From an uncultured virus (IMG/VR IMGVR_UViG_3300042314_001187) (Duplodnaviria; Heunggongvirae; Uroviricota; Caudoviricetes): a DNA stretch of 20,000 bases. The stretch spans positions 111,651-131,650 of IMG/VR virus record IMGVR_UViG_3300042314_001187; one strand, given 5' to 3'. Of the stretch, positions 17,708-20,000 are shown in pieces. A program made the position numbers and the translations under genes. The notes beneath the pieces were generated by a model. It was given only the letters and a program-made list of their open reading frames with translations, had not been told where the DNA came from and searched no databases. Every line of letters starts with the position of its first letter. The stretch's first letter is position 1.

Positions 17708-17736
17708 AAGGGAGTTATTAACAACTCCCTTTTTTT
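17708..17736 (+). terminator. Intrinsic terminator ending the + strand structural block
   Basis: AAGGGAGTT-attaac-AACTCCCTT followed by a T run. Confidence 0.85.
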
Positions 17737-17772
17737 GTTAACAATTTAACAACTTTTTCTCGATTAACTTTA

Positions 17773-17803
17773 TTGAATTGTATCTGAAAAAACGTTATGT
17801 TTG
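17773..17803 (+). promoter_or_regulatory. Bacteroidota-type housekeeping promoter (-33 TTG / -7 TAnnTTTG)
   Basis: TTG at 17773-17775, a 20-nt spacer, then TATGTTTG at 17796-17803, 21 nt upstream of ATG 17825. Confidence 0.55.
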
Positions 17804-17824
17804 TAGTATATAAAAGATACTATT

Positions 17825-18238
17825 ATGAACTACATTAAACGATTTATTAAACGATTGTATGCGAAATACCTAAGACATATTAGGTACTCATCTAATCAAA
17901 CCCTCGAAAATACACAAAATGAGAGGATTTGTAAGTCTATCTGTTATAAGATGATAAACAACCCACACTCTAAGTTTTTAATAGCTCCACTGTCAGGAAA
18001 ACGTTATATTAAAAATGAAGTGTTAAAAGTCTTTATAATATTAGATGATAAAAAAATTACTATAACAAATCACATATATCATTATGACGTTATTTTAAAT
18101 CAAAGAGATTTTGATAGAATGGTACATATGTACGATAATAAAACGGAAGAAATTAGAAATGAGTTTGAAAACGAAATGATGTCTCAAATTATGGTGTCAT
18201 TATCAACAATACTACATAAAATTTCTGAGAAGATATAA
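17825..18238 (+). CDS. Hypothetical protein (137 aa), stand-alone transcription unit
   Basis: Intact ORF between two terminators, with a basic amphipathic N-terminus. Confidence 0.75.
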   Translation: MNYIKRFIKRLYAKYLRHIRYSSNQTLENTQNERICKSICYKMINNPHSKFLIAPLSGKRYIKNEVLKVFIILDDKKITITNHIYHYDVILNQRDFDRMVHMYDNKTEEIRNEFENEMMSQIMVSLSTILHKISEKI

Positions 18239-18240
18239 TT

Positions 18241-18271
18241 AAAAACCCCACTGTTTAGATGGGGTTTTTTT
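18241..18271. terminator. Bidirectional intrinsic terminator
   Basis: AAAAACCCCA-ctgtttaga-TGGGGTTTTT between convergent ORFs 17825 (+) and 18698 (-). Confidence 0.88.
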
Positions 18272-18698
18272 ATATTATCTCTTTAATAATTTCCTTAATA
18301 ATCTTTAATAATTGATTTTCACTTAATCTGATTATTTTTTTATTGTAATTTTCTTTAATAGGTACGATACCTTTTTTATTTTTACCTTTAGGGTATTGAT
18401 TAATAACATTACCATCTTCATCACTAAATGTTGATTCAGGATGTTTCTTAATGTAGTCGGTAACTTTCTTTGCTTGTGACTCAATCTTTTTTATTTGAGA
18501 CCTTCTCAAATCCATTTTACCATCATAACTATCGTATTGTAATAATGGACTATCATAATCAGATATTTCATCAGTAAATGGGGCTAGTGTATTTTTTTTA
18601 AATGGTCTCAACCCCAATTGTAAAGGTGCGATATACGAACCCCTACCACCTGAACTATCAGAAGTTGCTTCACTTATATGTTTTTTTTTACTATTCAT
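18270..18698 (-). CDS. Hypothetical protein (142 aa) with C-terminal amphipathic IIRLSENQLLKIIKEIIKE helix; possible head-associated protein
   Basis: Intact ORF downstream of the capsid gene with several (I/L)xE motifs. Confidence 0.7.
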   Translation of the reverse strand: MNSKKKHISEATSDSSGGRGSYIAPLQLGLRPFKKNTLAPFTDEISDYDSPLLQYDSYDGKMDLRRSQIKKIESQAKKVTDYIKKHPESTFSDEDGNVINQYPKGKNKKGIVPIKENYNKKIIRLSENQLLKIIKEIIKEII

Positions 18699-18702
18699 TA
18701 TA

Positions 18703-18710
18703 TATAAATA
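18703..18710. promoter_or_regulatory. TATAAATA (+) / TATTTATA (-) element between divergent genes
   Basis: Lies in the 19-nt gap between start codons 18698 (-) and 18718 (+). Confidence 0.5.
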
Positions 18711-18717
18711 TTAAATT

Positions 18718-18951
18718 ATGGAAGAACAAGAAATATATGGTAAATTATTTAATGTGATACCTTTGATGGATGAGACCCACATTGATGTGTTATTAAACAC
18801 TATGACTAAAGAAACTGCGATATATTATTTAACACACGCAGTTAATTTAGCCTATCATAATGGGATGTATTCATTGGGTGAATCTGAAGTCCTTTCTAAA
18901 TCAATTCGTGTATTGAATAATACCGAAACAACCTCATCAGATTCTAATTAA
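18718..18951 (+). CDS. Hypothetical protein (77 aa)
   Basis: Intact ORF filling the gap between two minus-strand genes. Its stop overlaps the convergent stop (TTAA, 18948-18951). Confidence 0.7.
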   Translation: MEEQEIYGKLFNVIPLMDETHIDVLLNTMTKETAIYYLTHAVNLAYHNGMYSLGESEVLSKSIRVLNNTETTSSDSN

Positions 18952-19628
18952 AATTTTGAAAGAACGTCACGACCTTTTTGTTCTTGGTTAGCATCAACAA
19001 CAGGTGCGTTACCCGGTGTACTTGCAGATACATTTGTTAAGTCAGGTAATTTAATATTCATTAAAGTCTCAATCTGAGTTTTAACCGTATTTATTAAATT
19101 TGGGTTAGCTTTTAAAATATCACCAGCCAATTCTTGAACTTTTGGAAGTATTTGTTCTGGCGTCATTTTTGATAAATCAATATTTGCAGCTTTTAATTTA
19201 TCAGCTATTGCTTTAACTTCAGGGATTTTCATTAATTCGTCAACAACATTAACGCCACCCGGTGTTTGACCGTCTTTTGGTGTTGTATTTGGTGCAGCAT
19301 TTGGTGTTGCAGATTTTAATGCTGTCATTAGTGCGTTTAATGTTAATGGACCTAATTTACCATCAACAGTACCATCTTTACTAATTTTGTACCCTAAAGT
19401 GATTAGCAAAGACTGAACATCTTTTAAAGTTGCATTAGTTGTTGGTTGTTGTGTTGCCGGAACTTTAGATTGAGGTGCTTGAATTGTACTTGTCGGTAAT
19501 TTACCTAAACTATCAAGTGCAGTACCTGTTTGTTCTGAAATAACATTTAAATATTGTTTTTTTGTTGAAGTTTCGTGTAATCTTAATATAGATTGTCTTT
19601 CTTCATCGGTGATGTTAAAATTTCTCAT
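18948..19628 (-). CDS. Protein with a peptidoglycan-binding (PG_binding_1-like) domain and low-complexity linkers
   Basis: LKDVQSLLITLGYKISKDGTVDGKLGPLTLNAL matches the V..lQ..L..lGy.....DG.fG..T..Al pattern. No catalytic domain recognised. Confidence 0.7.
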   Translation of the reverse strand: MRNFNITDEERQSILRLHETSTKKQYLNVISEQTGTALDSLGKLPTSTIQAPQSKVPATQQPTTNATLKDVQSLLITLGYKISKDGTVDGKLGPLTLNALMTALKSATPNAAPNTTPKDGQTPGGVNVVDELMKIPEVKAIADKLKAANIDLSKMTPEQILPKVQELAGDILKANPNLINTVKTQIETLMNIKLPDLTNVSASTPGNAPVVDANQEQKGRDVLSKF

Positions 19629-19640
19629 ATTTTTTTTATT

Positions 19641-19648
19641 TATAAATA
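19641..19648 (-). promoter_or_regulatory. TATTTATA candidate late promoter upstream of ORF 19628
   Basis: The + strand TATAAATA reads TATTTATA on the sense strand, 12 nt before the ATG and just after the capsid terminator. Confidence 0.55.
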
Positions 19649-19658
19649 TCGTTAAAAT

Positions 19659-19686
19659 AAAAAAGGGACTATTAAAGTCCCTTTTT
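19659..19686 (-). terminator. Intrinsic terminator of the major capsid gene
   Basis: AAAAAGGGACT-attaa-AGTCCCTTTTT, 18 nt past the capsid stop. Confidence 0.88.
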
Positions 19687-19704
19687 ATATTATGAAATTA
19701 TTGA

Positions 19705-20000
19705 TTATCTCAATTCTCTCAAGTCAAATGTACGAACACCATCAACTGTGATTCTCGCGTAGAAACGGTTGTTAACCATTTTCTTAGCGTATCTCGTCAT
19801 TATACCTTTGATAGGTGTAAAGTTGAATGGGTTATACATTGTTGGAGTTAATTGTAGAGGTACATACGGTGCGTAGATGTAACCTGTGTCTAACAATGAC
19901 GTTCCTTTATGACCCAACAATACTGTGTTTGGTGGGAAGTAAGGGTCACGGTAAACTTGGTAACGACCAGCTAATGTACCAACTCTTTCAATACCCATGT
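19705..20000 (-). CDS. gp23: Major capsid protein, T4 gp23-like (3' end only)
   Basis: GTLAGRYQVYRDPY, LLGHKG..LLDTGYIYAPYVPL and PFNFTPIKGIMTRYA are hallmark C-terminal motifs of gp23-family capsids. The frame runs off the window. Confidence 0.93.
   Translation of the reverse strand, partial: MGIERVGTLAGRYQVYRDPYFPPNTVLLGHKGTSLLDTGYIYAPYVPLQLTPTMYNPFNFTPIKGIMTRYAKKMVNNRFYARITVDGVRTFDLRELR

Noticed and set aside
19705..19998. 97-aa protein starting at Met 19998
   Set aside because: This Met is internal to the major capsid gene, which continues beyond the window edge.
1..20000. Bacterial chromosomal LPS locus or eukaryotic giant virus origin
   Set aside because: The gp23-type capsid, gp5-type spike, gp55-like sigma, phoH and intrinsic terminators point to a T4-like bacteriophage. 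No wzx/wzy genes or NCLDV markers were seen.
1..20000. Stop-codon reassignment as seen in some large phages
   Set aside because: Genes tile the window almost completely under the standard code, and TAG (9240) and TGA (5960, 16018) act as stops at coupled gene junctions.
1..20000. tRNA genes, CRISPR arrays, introns or inteins
   Set aside because: Intergenic gaps are short and AT-rich with no cloverleaf or regularly spaced repeats, and no gene appears interrupted.

Overview
AT-rich, densely coding segment (standard genetic code) of a large T4-like tailed phage, probably infecting Bacteroidota. Host evidence is indirect: no obvious Shine-Dalgarno sites, A-rich start regions and one TTG-N20-TAnnTTTG promoter. 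1-7471 is a co-oriented glycan biosynthesis and tailoring island: DegT-type sugar aminotransferase, four glycosyltransferase genes, a PhyH-type 2OG-Fe(II) dioxygenase, a hexapeptide acyltransferase and two tandem-duplicated SAM methyltransferases. The island shows visible scars of recent gene insertion and duplication. 7556-11854 holds phoH, a HAD-like protein, two more glycosyltransferases and a gp55-like late sigma factor. 11869-17684 is a probable virion/baseplate block with a gp5/VgrG-like central spike and a 55-aa gene missed by the ORF track. 17825-20000 holds small genes, a peptidoglycan-binding-domain protein and the 3' end of a T4 gp23-like major capsid gene on the minus strand. A TATTTAT(A) motif, the reverse complement of the T4 late promoter, precedes several genes on their sense strand. 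Three intrinsic terminators are clear. All family calls come from motif recognition by eye; no searches were run.
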